Shown here: in pieces, positions 1 to 9,409 of the stretch | How the letters are laid out: each line of letters starts with the position of its first letter | How positions within the stretch are numbered: the first letter of the stretch is position 1 | Origin: a virus | Lineage: Duplodnaviria; Caudoviricetes | IMG/VR virus record: IMGVR_UViG_3300002446_000068 | Span: 1-64,000 of that record | DNA: 64,000 nucleotides | Reading direction: 5' to 3' (one strand) | Made by a program: the position numbers and the translations under genes | The notes under the pieces: generated by a model | The model's input: the letters and a program-made list of their open reading frames with translations, nothing else | The model's database searches: none | What the model was told of the DNA's origin: nothing

Positions 1-244
1 GGTAGAGAATCGGATTCCAATCCTCGATATCCGATGGCTTGCGATGGTCAAGATAACCCGGGGCTGCCCATGTTTCCCTCACCCATAGGCGATCTCCTGG
101 GATTCCCTGGGGACATTTCTCCCATTGGATCGCATCTACCAAGTTGACCGGTTGTGGCTTCATTACCCGCCGTGTCTGCGTTTTCTCCCCAGCTAGAATC
201 GCACGCACCATTTCATCAGAAAAGATTATCGGTCGCTCTTTCAT
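1..244 (-). CDS. ASCH/PUA-like conserved phage protein (3' end beyond window)
   Basis: Hand translation, not in ORF track: [30 protein letters not shown]...[16 protein letters not shown], a recognisable phage family signature; RBS GGAGGAG upstream of ATG at 244. Confidence 0.75.
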   Translation of the reverse strand, partial: MKERPIIFSDEMVRAILAGEKTQTRRVMKPQPVNLVDAIQWEKCPQGIPGDRLWVRETWAAPGYLDHRKPSDIEDWNPILY

Positions 245-434
245 CCTACTCCTCCCCTACTACGCTCTCTCCCTACTACCTACAAATCGCCAAGTCTCTC
301 ATGCCGGCCTGCCGTCTAGTCCTACACCCTGTAGTCGGACCCTCGGCTTGTGCCTAACCCACCCCCGTCACGAACAGGCCAGCATTCCTCCTATTGGGAT
401 GTTTCCGTAGAACTCATCCATGGCCATCACAAAA

Positions 435-1175
435 CTACAATGAACAGATACATGGCTTGTATGCCTGTAGCCCGGTCCACTGTTCGTCATTCCACATGAT
501 CAACTGCGATTCGAACCCGATAGATAGTTGTTCTAGTGTGAATCTGCTATCCGCAATCAAAAACGTCCGAACCCCGCGTCTCTCCGTAGATAACTTTTCT
601 AACCTCGCTGCCCTCTCAAAAAGTTCTGGATGCCTTGACCACAATTCCCGCCATTGGTTCGGTCGCTGGAACGGACAGATGTAGCAGCTTGATTTTTGCG
701 GGATATCAAGCTGTGACGCCGCTATAATGGCAATACAATCCTTGCGGGTAATGTCTCGGTCTACCAGTGGCCTCGCCGCGCCTGGCATCCTATGGGCCTC
801 GTCAGCCGCTATCCCAATCAACTGTATCTCGACGTTATTGGCTTTGGCCCAATGATTTACCACGTCGGTTTTCCACCCCTGGGTACACCATCGTGTCCCT
901 GGCATTGGGCAAACGCGATAATCCTCACAAAACTCAATGAGCGTCCTGGCGTCGCGCCCTGGTCCCAGGGCGCGATATTCCTGCCCTAGCCTGGTGATTT
1001 CCAGGCCCCTTGGTGCCAACCACTTCTTTTCGAAATAGTCTAAGTAGCAGTATGTTTCGGGCCATTCGCATCCTGTATCAGCGAACACAATCGGGCCGTG
1101 CCATCCCTTATTGACCAGCATGATCGTCATGGCTACACTGTTGACTCCCGCGCCAAAGCTGATCATCTCAGACAT
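435..1175 (-). CDS. Phosphoadenosine phosphosulfate (PAPS) reductase family protein
   Basis: SFGAGVNS PP-loop, ADTGCEWPETY, RWCT..WK, GIAADE.HR, SSCYICPF Cys motif. Confidence 0.85.
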   Translation of the reverse strand: MSEMISFGAGVNSVAMTIMLVNKGWHGPIVFADTGCEWPETYCYLDYFEKKWLAPRGLEITRLGQEYRALGPGRDARTLIEFCEDYRVCPMPGTRWCTQGWKTDVVNHWAKANNVEIQLIGIAADEAHRMPGAARPLVDRDITRKDCIAIIAASQLDIPQKSSCYICPFQRPNQWRELWSRHPELFERAARLEKLSTERRGVRTFLIADSRFTLEQLSIGFESQLIMWNDEQWTGLQAYKPCICSL

Positions 1176-1390
1176 TCTGCACCTCCAGCACCGACGCCAG
1201 GATCCTTACTGTGCATCGCTCTTCCCCGACGCTCAAACACAAACTCATCCACCCCGTCCAAGTCCTCTGCCAATCTCTCTGCCTCTGCCCCCGCCTCCAA
1301 AAACGTCCCAATGAACGGCTCGTCGGGTGTCAACCGCATGACCCCTCCATCCTCCAATATCACAAACAGCCACCACTCGTACTTATCCAT
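1163..1390 (-). CDS. Hypothetical protein
   Basis: 75-aa ORF overlapping both neighbours in a packed minus-strand run. Confidence 0.55.
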   Translation of the reverse strand: MDKYEWWLFVILEDGGVMRLTPDEPFIGTFLEAGAEAERLAEDLDGVDEFVFERRGRAMHSKDPGVGAGGAECLR

Positions 1391-1949
1391 GATAGGGTTC
1401 CTGCTCCTCTACAATCACCAAGAGTTCATCCACAGCCTTGCGGATGTCGAGAAGTTTTGCCCGGAGTTCGTGGTTGACGGCATACACGATGCGGTTGCCC
1501 CAACCCGCCCAATCCCCAGGGCATTGGGTCTGCATCAGTGCCTTGTGGGGCACAACAGGCCACCCCAACCGAAACACCAATTCCCGCGCCGATGCAATTT
1601 GATTGTCGGTCGGGTTGCCCTTGGTAAAGTCGCCCAACAAGCAGATACCGATACTGGTGGCGTTGTGATTGCCCACGTGGTAGCTGATGGTGCCCACGTC
1701 ATTCACGCGATACACAATCCCACCTGGCCCGATGACATAGTGGTAGCCGATACCGGGCCAGTCGTTGTTCTCCACGTGCCCACGGGCGATAGACTTGATG
1801 TGCCGGATGGTAGCGTCTCTGCTGATCTCCGTCTGCACAGTAGCAGAATGGTGGATGACAATGCGTTCGATTTTTTGGTCGGCGGTTCGCGTTTTGTATT
1901 TGAGTGTGGGATGGGTGGGCAATTGCCCAACCAGGTTTACGATTTCCAT
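1383..1949 (-). CDS. N-acetylmuramoyl-L-alanine amidase (Amidase_2/PGRP fold)
   Basis: IVIHHSA, WPGIGYHYVI, YHVGNHNATSIGICLLGDF, PHK...TQCPG Zn-amidase motifs. Confidence 0.9.
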   Translation of the reverse strand: MEIVNLVGQLPTHPTLKYKTRTADQKIERIVIHHSATVQTEISRDATIRHIKSIARGHVENNDWPGIGYHYVIGPGGIVYRVNDVGTISYHVGNHNATSIGICLLGDFTKGNPTDNQIASARELVFRLGWPVVPHKALMQTQCPGDWAGWGNRIVYAVNHELRAKLLDIRKAVDELLVIVEEQEPYHG

Positions 1950-1958
1950 AGTTCCTCC

Positions 1959-2297
1959 TTAAAAGGGCATGGCAGCGTCCATCTGCCCAATCCAATTGTG
2001 GTAGGTCCTGACCTTGGTCAGTGGGGTGGGCTTAAAGTACATATCCCGCTCAATGGGCAGGCCCCGTGGCCCCCGGACCGATTCCAGTTCCGACAAGCTG
2101 AAATAGCCCATCTCCACTTCCAGCCCGTCCACCAGACCAAAGAAGGTGTCGTCGCCGTCGAACTCAATCGCCCACCATGTCCAGCTTGAGTCCGGTGTAA
2201 AGAACTTGGCGTACACAATCTTGTCGCAGTCCGGAGTATCTTCGGTGGCGTAGAGAGGTGGCAGTTTCTTCCGCAATTCTTCCGTCAACAGTTTCAT
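1959..2297 (-). CDS. DUF2958 family protein
   Basis: LPPLYATE...KFFTPDSSWTWWAIEFDGDDTFFGLVDGLEVEMGYFSLSELESVRGPRGLPIERD; start moved to ATG 2297 after GGAAAGGA. Confidence 0.85.
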   Translation of the reverse strand: MKLLTEELRKKLPPLYATEDTPDCDKIVYAKFFTPDSSWTWWAIEFDGDDTFFGLVDGLEVEMGYFSLSELESVRGPRGLPIERDMYFKPTPLTKVRTYHNWIGQMDAAMPF

Positions 2298-2298
2298 G

Positions 2299-2586
2299 TT
2301 ACGTTCCTTTCCAGTTGCACTCCCGTTCAATATTCACGGGGTCTTTTCCTGTTTTCCACGCTTGTCGCCGTGCTTTGGACAAGCGCCGTTTGTAGAACCG
2401 CCCGATGCCCCTGCTGCCCCAACGGAGCTTGTGCATTTCGTCGGAGGCAATACAAAAGTCCTGGTACGAAAGCAAGCCCATTTTGTACAGGGCGCGGACG
2501 GACAGATGCCCATGATAGGACTTTCGGGCTTTCGAGACGCGGTTCCATGTAATCTTGATTCGTGCCTGGGTCGGTTTCTTGGCCAT
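2299..2586 (-). CDS. Basic hypothetical protein
   Basis: ATG 2586 after AAGGAGAGG; K/R-rich 95 aa. Confidence 0.55.
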   Translation of the reverse strand: MAKKPTQARIKITWNRVSKARKSYHGHLSVRALYKMGLLSYQDFCIASDEMHKLRWGSRGIGRFYKRRLSKARRQAWKTGKDPVNIERECNWKGT

Positions 2587-2659
2587 ATTCCTCTCCTTTT
2601 TTGGGGTGGGAGCCGAAACCCCCACCCCTTGTACTGGGAGGATGTAGGGCCAGACGTGT

Positions 2660-3430
2660 CTAGCCCTCCACGAACTCGGCGGCTCGCGGGTCGGATTCGC
2701 CAATGCCCGCAATCACACCCTTTTCAGCAAGTTCTTCCGGGACATCCGTCTCGTCGTCCTTGAGTACGTAGACGGCCTGTGTAATCCACGAAAGGCCACA
2801 CACCCCCTGCCGAAACTCGATTTGGTGGTACTCCAAGAACATCTGCATCAGTTCGGGGTCCAACACTGCCAGCGCCGCCCACAACGCCACGTAAGGATGG
2901 TCCAGGTAGGTCTTGTCGCCCACTTGCCCAATGGATTCCGCTTCCCTCCAGGGCATACTGAACAGCGGGTACACGTCCTCATTTATGGTGACGCCGTGGT
3001 CTAGCAGCCACTCTACGGCGGCATTGGGATTGGGGCTGTTCAGCACCGTGTTCATGTGCATCATCAGGATTGGGAACGGTCGTGGGATGTCCGGGATGTG
3101 AGCCACCCGCCGTGAGATTCCCTTGGTCGCCGTTTCCGCAACCACGTCCCATACCGTTGTGTAGCCAGCGGACTTTCCCCACAAGTCGGCAATCCCGATT
3201 TTGGGTAGACCTGCAAACGATTCGGTGCCGTCCACCCGCAGACCATTGGCCTTCAAGAGAGTCGTGGGCACATCAACAATCTGGTGGTTCCGTGGGTGGG
3301 CAATTCGCGCCTCAAACGGAGCGGCGATGGCCGTAAAGGCCAGCAGCGTCCCGTCCGGGGACGGCTCGCCCACCAGATATAACCCGCCACCTTTCACCTT
3401 ACCACACTTGCGGTCCATCATAATGAACAT
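2660..3430 (-). CDS. Hypothetical protein
   Basis: Long ORF; ATG 3430 after AAGGAG. Confidence 0.7.
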   Translation of the reverse strand: MFIMMDRKCGKVKGGGLYLVGEPSPDGTLLAFTAIAAPFEARIAHPRNHQIVDVPTTLLKANGLRVDGTESFAGLPKIGIADLWGKSAGYTTVWDVVAETATKGISRRVAHIPDIPRPFPILMMHMNTVLNSPNPNAAVEWLLDHGVTINEDVYPLFSMPWREAESIGQVGDKTYLDHPYVALWAALAVLDPELMQMFLEYHQIEFRQGVCGLSWITQAVYVLKDDETDVPEELAEKGVIAGIGESDPRAAEFVEG

Positions 3431-3870
3431 GGTTCGTCTCCTTCTTTCACCACCCTTTTCGGCGTTAACTCTGAGCACCACACGGTTCCGTGTGGGGGAC
3501 TTTGCAATCCGTCGCAATCTCCTGTACGCCAGAACTCGGTTAGACAATCGCCCGAGAGGAACAGGGACATCTTGTATGGAGCATCATCTGCAATTATTGC
3601 GTCCGACTCCAAGATGGCATATTGAACGCCGCTACGATAAAAGTTCTGTTCTGCCCACCGCTTAGCCGATGCAAGGGTCAAGAAGGCAAAGATGTATCCC
3701 TTATGCGGCTTGGTCGTCGTGTCGGTGTCGTATTTCGGTACAGTTGTCATGTTGATGTCGTAGAGCAGGGACCAGTTCGGGTCTGTGACAGATGCGCTTC
3801 TGTACATATAGTAGCGCACCGAAACGACCTTATAGACTGTCTGTAAGGATGGCGTCTGTAACTTGCCCAT
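3418..3870 (-). CDS. Hypothetical protein
   Basis: 150-aa ORF in packed minus-strand run; start uncertain. Confidence 0.6.
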   Translation of the reverse strand: MGKLQTPSLQTVYKVVSVRYYMYRSASVTDPNWSLLYDINMTTVPKYDTDTTTKPHKGYIFAFLTLASAKRWAEQNFYRSGVQYAILESDAIIADDAPYKMSLFLSGDCLTEFWRTGDCDGLQSPPHGTVWCSELTPKRVVKEGDEPCSL

Positions 3871-4180
3871 ATTCCTTCTCCAATGCCTGCGCTACTGCAT
3901 CCGGCACCGATTGCCGGTCGCCGCCAATTCCCTCGAGCTGTCTGATGATGAGGTGCGCCCTCTCGCCGCTTGTCAGATTATCAGGCATTTGGAAGATAAG
4001 GGAAATCAACCGTCCGATGGCCTCTGAAAAAGAAAACACATCACTGCCCGCCTTGCCCACGTTACAGAATACTTCGCGAATTTCCCCTGCGTCGTTGTGG
4101 TTTATGGTGATGAACGCAGTGCCGGTTGCCGTCCTGTAGCTATACGTAGTACCTTTCAGAATCAATCGGGAATTATCCAT
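3830..4180 (-). CDS. Stand-alone TSCPD domain protein (resembles C-terminal domain of class II ribonucleotide reductase)
   Basis: TATGTAFITIN...EVFCNVGKAGSD...EAIGRLISL...QLEGIGG..SVPDAVAQAL pattern. Confidence 0.8.
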   Translation of the reverse strand: MDNSRLILKGTTYSYRTATGTAFITINHNDAGEIREVFCNVGKAGSDVFSFSEAIGRLISLIFQMPDNLTSGERAHLIIRQLEGIGGDRQSVPDAVAQALEKEYGQVTDAILTDSL

Positions 4181-4530
4181 AGTCTCCTCTCCAATCCCTC
4201 ATACAAGATGGTCCCATCCTTCTGGATTTCTACCCATTTTTCCCCTGGAGCAAAGTCCATTGGGCCTCCAAGGACACCCACTACTGGAATCTTGGTGGGG
4301 CCAATCAGGGGCACGTTCAGCTTCATGCTCCGTTCCTTGCGCCTGACCCCCGCATCGCTCTTGTCCCAGCGGATGGCCCCCACCTTCACCAGATTGTTCA
4401 CCTTCTCCCACAGAGAGCCAACGGCCCAATAGCCAAGCTCTACGTTCAGGTCACGGACGGTTGGACTCAAGCCTGTCTTGCGGGTGTATGACTCGATGGC
4501 CTTGAGCACGTCCCATTCAGTTAGAGCCAT
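4162..4530 (-). CDS. LexA-type winged-HTH transcriptional regulator
   Basis: VLKAIESYTRKTGLSPTVRDLNVELG...KVNNLVKVGAIR matches LexA DNA-binding domain; no S24 peptidase Ser/Lys motif recognised. Confidence 0.75.
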   Translation of the reverse strand: MALTEWDVLKAIESYTRKTGLSPTVRDLNVELGYWAVGSLWEKVNNLVKVGAIRWDKSDAGVRRKERSMKLNVPLIGPTKIPVVGVLGGPMDFAPGEKWVEIQKDGTILYEGLERRLWIIPD

Positions 4531-5249
4531 TCCTTGGTCCACCCCAGACAATCTTCACGCTTGCGCGGTTTGGTCATCCATGATGTGTCCGGCTCGGGAA
4601 TGGCAAGAGCCTGTTTGACGGTGAGCAGTTCTTTCACCCGCCAGTAGTTCTGCCGTCCAGCCCGACTTATCCAGGGCAAGAAGCCCTTTTCACAGATGGC
4701 CTTGTACACGTTGGCTGTAGCACGAACGTCTTGGGCCACGTATTCGAGAACCAAGTCCTGGTCGCGCCGGTTGTTGGCCCACATCGTAGGGGCCAGAGAA
4801 CCGTGCATCCCCTCTGTCTTGCCTGCAATCCCAAGACCCTGGGCCGCTGCTTCCAGCCCAATCATAAACCCCTTATCGCACAGCATGTGAAAGGCGATGT
4901 CCACGTGATTCATGGCCAGGTCCACACACACTAGTGCAGTGTGTGGGTCTCGGGCTTCCTCTGCAAGAACATCGAAATCGAAGCCCAGCCCGTTCCATGT
5001 GACGATGCTGTAGCCTGCTTGGTGCATTGTGTGCAGATAGTCTACCAATTGTGAGATTCGTTCCGGTGACATACTGGGGGCAAACATATCGCCGTTCTCA
5101 TCCAATACACCGTGCCACAGGGAAGGCTCCCCGTCATCGGCAACCGTAGCGGCGCAAGAAACGCCGAGTGGGCGAATCGTCCGCCAATTGTAGACACCTT
5201 CCGGTATCTCCTTTGTGATCTCCAAGTCAAATGCTACGAAGTGATTCAT
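4521..5249 (-). CDS. RNase H-like (DEDD/DnaQ-type) 3'-5' exonuclease domain protein
   Basis: VAFDLEIT (Exo I), IVTWNGLGFDF (Exo II), EYVAQDV (Exo III). Confidence 0.8.
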   Translation of the reverse strand: MNHFVAFDLEITKEIPEGVYNWRTIRPLGVSCAATVADDGEPSLWHGVLDENGDMFAPSMSPERISQLVDYLHTMHQAGYSIVTWNGLGFDFDVLAEEARDPHTALVCVDLAMNHVDIAFHMLCDKGFMIGLEAAAQGLGIAGKTEGMHGSLAPTMWANNRRDQDLVLEYVAQDVRATANVYKAICEKGFLPWISRAGRQNYWRVKELLTVKQALAIPEPDTSWMTKPRKREDCLGWTKEWL

Positions 5250-5265
5250 TTCATCCTCCTGCCCT

Positions 5266-5294
5266 ATTATAGAGTTTCGACATATCTTGTTAAA
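5266..5294 (-). promoter_or_regulatory. Sigma70-type promoter for left minus-strand arm
   Basis: TTTAAC-N17-TATAAT then AGGAGG RBS. Confidence 0.65.
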
Positions 5295-5327
5295 GGCTTG
5301 AACTCATTATACTTGAGTCCGTAGTGT

Positions 5328-5356
5328 TTGACAAGTGTTGGGTATCTATGTATAAT
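5328..5356 (+). promoter_or_regulatory. Consensus sigma70-type promoter, likely leaderless transcript
   Basis: TTGACA-N17-TATAAT, ATG 6 nt downstream at 5363 with no SD. Confidence 0.85.
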
Positions 5357-5362
5357 GTAGCT

Positions 5363-5710
5363 ATGAAGATTGTACTTGCTGGAGAGAGGCCCGTATCGTG
5401 GAATCATTTCTATGCAGGTCGTCACTGGACCGAGAGGCATGAGGAAGTGGCGCGGGTTCGCGCCATAGTGCTATCAGCGATAGGCCCCAAGGTTGTGATG
5501 TTTACGGAGCCTGTGACGATTGCAATCACAGCCTACTTTTCCAAGAGGGCTTTGGACCCAGACAACATTTGCGCCAAGCTGTACATTGATGCTCTTTGTG
5601 GCAGGGTGTTGGAAGATGATACCTACCGGCACGTGCGCTCCGTAACGCTGGTGAGCCGGGTAGACAGGAAGAACGCGAGGGTGGAGATTGAAATACAACC
5701 AGCCGTCTGA
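5363..5710 (+). CDS. rusA: RusA-family Holliday junction resolvase
   Basis: PVSWNHFY, PVTIAITAYF, DPDNICAKLYIDAL, EDD catalytic acidic pattern. Confidence 0.85.
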   Translation: MKIVLAGERPVSWNHFYAGRHWTERHEEVARVRAIVLSAIGPKVVMFTEPVTIAITAYFSKRALDPDNICAKLYIDALCGRVLEDDTYRHVRSVTLVSRVDRKNARVEIEIQPAV

Positions 5711-6461
5711 TATTCCACGTGAAGTGGTAGAGGACATAAAGACCAAAGATACCTACATCCGTATCGCCAGGATGAGGGCCAACAAGCTCGGTATCGAGTT
5801 GGACGAACTGCCCGATTCCGAGTGGCGGGAAATCTGGTGGAAGCGTGCGCAGCGTCGCTCGCGGTACTACCAGAGTACCAAGTTAGAGCAGGTGGCCGAG
5901 CAGCACGAGAAAGTCGTTGAGGAGTTGCTGCCGCCGACAGAACTCCACTCCACAGAGTTGCAGGAGTATCTACAATACTACACCGACCCTGCACCCAATG
6001 ACATTATCACCCTTCAGCAGTTGATTTCTTTCCAGGGCCAGTTGTCGAAGGTGGACGCTCTTATTTCAGAGACGCTGGACCCGCCCGATGGTGAGGATGT
6101 GAACACGACCAGGTACAAGAACCTGGTGGGTATCCAAAAGAACCTGAGCACCGAGATTCGTCTCCTTCAAGACAACCTGGGCATTTCCCGCCGCATCCGC
6201 GACCAGCAGCGCACCGAGTCCGAATTGGCAGACCATTATACTGCCAACATCAAGCAGGCGCGGGAACTCTTGGACGAAATTGGAACCAAGTTGATCTGCC
6301 CCCACTGCCGGGCCGAGAATGGCTCTCTGATTTTGCAGGGCTTTGTCATCGACCATTTCCCAGAGACAGGGCTATACATCAAGAAGCGGTGCCCGACATG
6401 CTCTCGGGTGTATGAGATTGAAGTGCCACCCCGCAAGTGGGAGCGGCGGCTTGTCAAATGA
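5688..6461 (+). CDS. Putative terminase small subunit (helical, C-terminal CxxC..CxxC)
   Basis: Immediately upstream of terminase large subunit with ATGA coupling; function from position only. Confidence 0.5.
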   Translation: MKYNQPSDIPREVVEDIKTKDTYIRIARMRANKLGIELDELPDSEWREIWWKRAQRRSRYYQSTKLEQVAEQHEKVVEELLPPTELHSTELQEYLQYYTDPAPNDIITLQQLISFQGQLSKVDALISETLDPPDGEDVNTTRYKNLVGIQKNLSTEIRLLQDNLGISRRIRDQQRTESELADHYTANIKQARELLDEIGTKLICPHCRAENGSLILQGFVIDHFPETGLYIKKRCPTCSRVYEIEVPPRKWERRLVK

Positions 6462-9409
6462 GCCTACAAGAACGCTTACCCGTTGAAGACCTTGCTCTTG
6501 GCCTGGTAACGCTGGACCCGCTCCTGTTCCTCTTGCAGTTTTGGAGTGGGGACTTGACGATGCCCGATAACACCCAGCACCTATCCATCGAGCAGCGGTT
6601 GATGCTGTGCGACCAATCGGAGCGGCTGTTGCTTTGTACAGGCCGAAAGGTAGCCAAGACCCTATCCCTTGAGCGGGACTTTGTGCAGATTGCCCTTACC
6701 CACCAGAAAAAGGGTTCGCTGGATGAGGGGATGTTCTTTACCCCAGCCCAGGCCCACATGAACCCCGTCCGTGACAGAATCTTTTCGACCATCCTCCAGG
6801 AACCGTTATTTAGCGAGATGGTGGCCAAGGCCCCGAATGGCAATATGATGATGTCAAAGGGAGACGGTTATGTCCAGTTCAAGACGGGCTGGAAGTGGCA
6901 TCTCCGTATTGAGGGAATTTGCCTGGCAGCGGATACTCGGATTATGGACGCCGATACCGGTGCTCTCTACAGTATCGAAGACATATACAACGGGTGTCTC
7001 CCCAATTCGGTACACACCACCTTAATCGACAAGGCTGCAATCACCAAGACTTCTGACTTTGCAGTCCGGTACAACGGCAAGCGTGACGTGTACGTGATGA
7101 CCTTGCGGGACGGATTCACAATCAGGGCAACGGCCAATCATCCCTTCTTGACAGACAATGGCTGGAAAAGACTGGATGAAATTGGCATCGGTGAGTTTAT
7201 TGCCGTTCCTGGGAAACTGGACGTAGACAATGACAGGTCGGCGTTGGATGCGCATGAGGCGCGTCTACTAGGTTACTTTATCGGTGACGGTGGAGTCACG
7301 TGCGGTACGCCCCGGTTCACCAACATGGACAAGGGGGTAGCAGCAGACTTTATTGAGTGCTGTGCCCAAAGCGGTCTATTGGCCTGTGAGGCAAAGCGTG
7401 GTCACTTTGCGGTATCCAACGGGAACGCAGGGGGAAGATGGGCACCGAATGAGGTGACTGAACTGCTGCGTAGACACGGTGTGTGGGACAAATATTCCCA
7501 CGAAAAGAGCATACCGGACGCTATCTTTTGTTCTGACAACGATACGATAGCCGAGTTCATCAGTGCCTTATGGGCATGTGATGGATCGGCATTTGTGTCG
7601 CCTAACGGAAGTTCCTACATCGAATACTACAGCACTAGCGAGCGACTTGTCCGTGATCTAGCCTTGCTAATGTTGCGCTTTGGTATTCGGGGCAGGATTA
7701 TCAAACGTACTATGGTCGGGAATGAAAGCGTCCTGGACAATGGGCACACCATCAAAGTACGGCACAACATGTGGGTGTTTCGCATGGGGGCAGTTAGTGA
7801 CATCGAAAAGTTCTATAATCTGGCAAAATGTCATGGGCGCAAGCAGCATCAGCTTGATACCGTTATGGAGAATGTTATCGGGCGACCAACAGCTTTCAAG
7901 TCTGGTGGGGTTCCGTCCAATGTAATACGCAGAATCATAAGCCAAGAGTGGAATGGTAGCCTTGCGTCCCTATGCCGTGAGGTTGGGTGTGTTGTGGGGG
8001 GCAAGACGCACAAGACGCACTCCATCGGTAAGGTTGCGCGGTTGAACTCCGTACTTGACAGTCCAGAACTTGCTGGCTACATCGTTGGAGACATAGCGTG
8101 GAGTGATGTTATGTCAATAGAGTATGGTGGGATTGACGACACCTACGATTTGCATATCGACAACACCCATAACTTTATAGCGGATGGGATACTTGTTCAC
8201 AACTCCGGCACCGATGTGAACATGGTGGGCCTCCGTTGCCAGCACATCATCGGTGACGAAATGGCGTTTAGTGTGGACATCTGCCACAAGTCCCGCATCA
8301 ACACCGCACTGCCTGGGTGCAGATGGAAGTATTGCGGTGTGCCCAATGGCGTGCGCGGCACTCCGTTCTGGCGCATTGACCAGACCGCAGAAGGGCAGAT
8401 GTGGTCACGGCACAAAATCCCGCAGTTCGCCAACCCGCTCTACGCTCCAGAGTCCGAAAGGCGCAAGCTGATTATCGACCACGGCGGCGAGCACTCCCAT
8501 ACCTACATCACCCAAGTCTTGGGCGAGTGGGGCGATGAGGTTATGTCGTCGTTCCCGCCCAACACAATCTCAACCTACAACGACCGTGAGTACCATCTGT
8601 ATGAGTGGGGTGCAGGTTTCGGGGAAAAGTCCAACTTCCGAGACGATGCGCTGGACACCCTTTTCAGGAACCTGAACTACCCGACCAGCCGATGCGTCAT
8701 TGGTTGGGACTATGGCGTGTCGCCAGACCCCGCAGCGTTTGCCCTGTTTTTTGAGGAAGAACCTGGGGAGTGGTATCTCCGTGCTATGTTCATCCTACGC
8801 GGTGTGCAATTCCCCCACCAGGTCAAGTTTGTGAACCAGATTGCAGCCCGGTTCAACATAGGGATGGTCTGCACCGATGAGGCTATTGCCATCCAATCCC
8901 TGGATAGCCTGACAAGCTGGCAAACCTTTGATGAGGCTTCCAGAAGTGGGAATATTATGTGGGCCAATGTCAACGGTAGGATTGAGCTTTTGGACGCAAC
9001 AGGGGAAGTCGTCTTGGATGAGATTGGGAACCCCATTAAAGAGTACCGCAAGAAGTGGGCGACCGACGAACTGCGAAACAGTATGGTCCATGCCCGTGAG
9101 GAGCTAAAGTACCCGTATCACATCTACCTGCCCGATGAGACAATGGACCCGACATTGATTGATGAGTTGCGGGGGACCGTCGAAAAAAGGACAATGGGTG
9201 GATATACACAGTACCTTACGGCGAAACAAACGGAGGGTTCCAAGTCACCAGACGACCACCGCACGGACGCCTTGCGGTATGCAGTTCTGTCTATCTACTC
9301 CTTGCTTGGCGTCCGTGCGTCAAAACAGCGTGTCCCGTTCTCCGAGTACAAAAAGGTTATGGGCTGGGCAGGAGGTCGGAAAGGATGGCAGGCCCCGTGG
9401 AGTCCTTGA
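6458..9409 (+). CDS. terL: Terminase large subunit containing an intein
   Basis: CTGRKVAKT Walker A variant, IIGDE Walker B after intein removal, IGWDYG and DDHRTDALRY nuclease motifs. Confidence 0.9.
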   Translation: MSLQERLPVEDLALGLVTLDPLLFLLQFWSGDLTMPDNTQHLSIEQRLMLCDQSERLLLCTGRKVAKTLSLERDFVQIALTHQKKGSLDEGMFFTPAQAHMNPVRDRIFSTILQEPLFSEMVAKAPNGNMMMSKGDGYVQFKTGWKWHLRIEGICLAADTRIMDADTGALYSIEDIYNGCLPNSVHTTLIDKAAITKTSDFAVRYNGKRDVYVMTLRDGFTIRATANHPFLTDNGWKRLDEIGIGEFIAVPGKLDVDNDRSALDAHEARLLGYFIGDGGVTCGTPRFTNMDKGVAADFIECCAQSGLLACEAKRGHFAVSNGNAGGRWAPNEVTELLRRHGVWDKYSHEKSIPDAIFCSDNDTIAEFISALWACDGSAFVSPNGSSYIEYYSTSERLVRDLALLMLRFGIRGRIIKRTMVGNESVLDNGHTIKVRHNMWVFRMGAVSDIEKFYNLAKCHGRKQHQLDTVMENVIGRPTAFKSGGVPSNVIRRIISQEWNGSLASLCREVGCVVGGKTHKTHSIGKVARLNSVLDSPELAGYIVGDIAWSDVMSIEYGGIDDTYDLHIDNTHNFIADGILVHNSGTDVNMVGLRCQHIIGDEMAFSVDICHKSRINTALPGCRWKYCGVPNGVRGTPFWRIDQTAEGQMWSRHKIPQFANPLYAPESERRKLIIDHGGEHSHTYITQVLGEWGDEVMSSFPPNTISTYNDREYHLYEWGAGFGEKSNFRDDALDTLFRNLNYPTSRCVIGWDYGVSPDPAAFALFFEEEPGEWYLRAMFILRGVQFPHQVKFVNQIAARFNIGMVCTDEAIAIQSLDSLTSWQTFDEASRSGNIMWANVNGRIELLDATGEVVLDEIGNPIKEYRKKWATDELRNSMVHAREELKYPYHIYLPDETMDPTLIDELRGTVEKRTMGGYTQYLTAKQTEGSKSPDDHRTDALRYAVLSIYSLLGVRASKQRVPFSEYKKVMGWAGGRKGWQAPWSP
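6920..8203 (+). mobile_element. 428-aa intein with LAGLIDADG homing endonuclease
   Basis: N-terminal CLAADT, block B IRATANHPF, LLGYFIGDG and LWACDGS motifs, TYDLHIDNTHNF..LVHN/S C-terminal splice junction. Confidence 0.95.

Noticed and set aside
1098-2189. 363-aa plus-strand ORF
   Set aside because: Antisense to amidase and DUF2958, which have clear motifs
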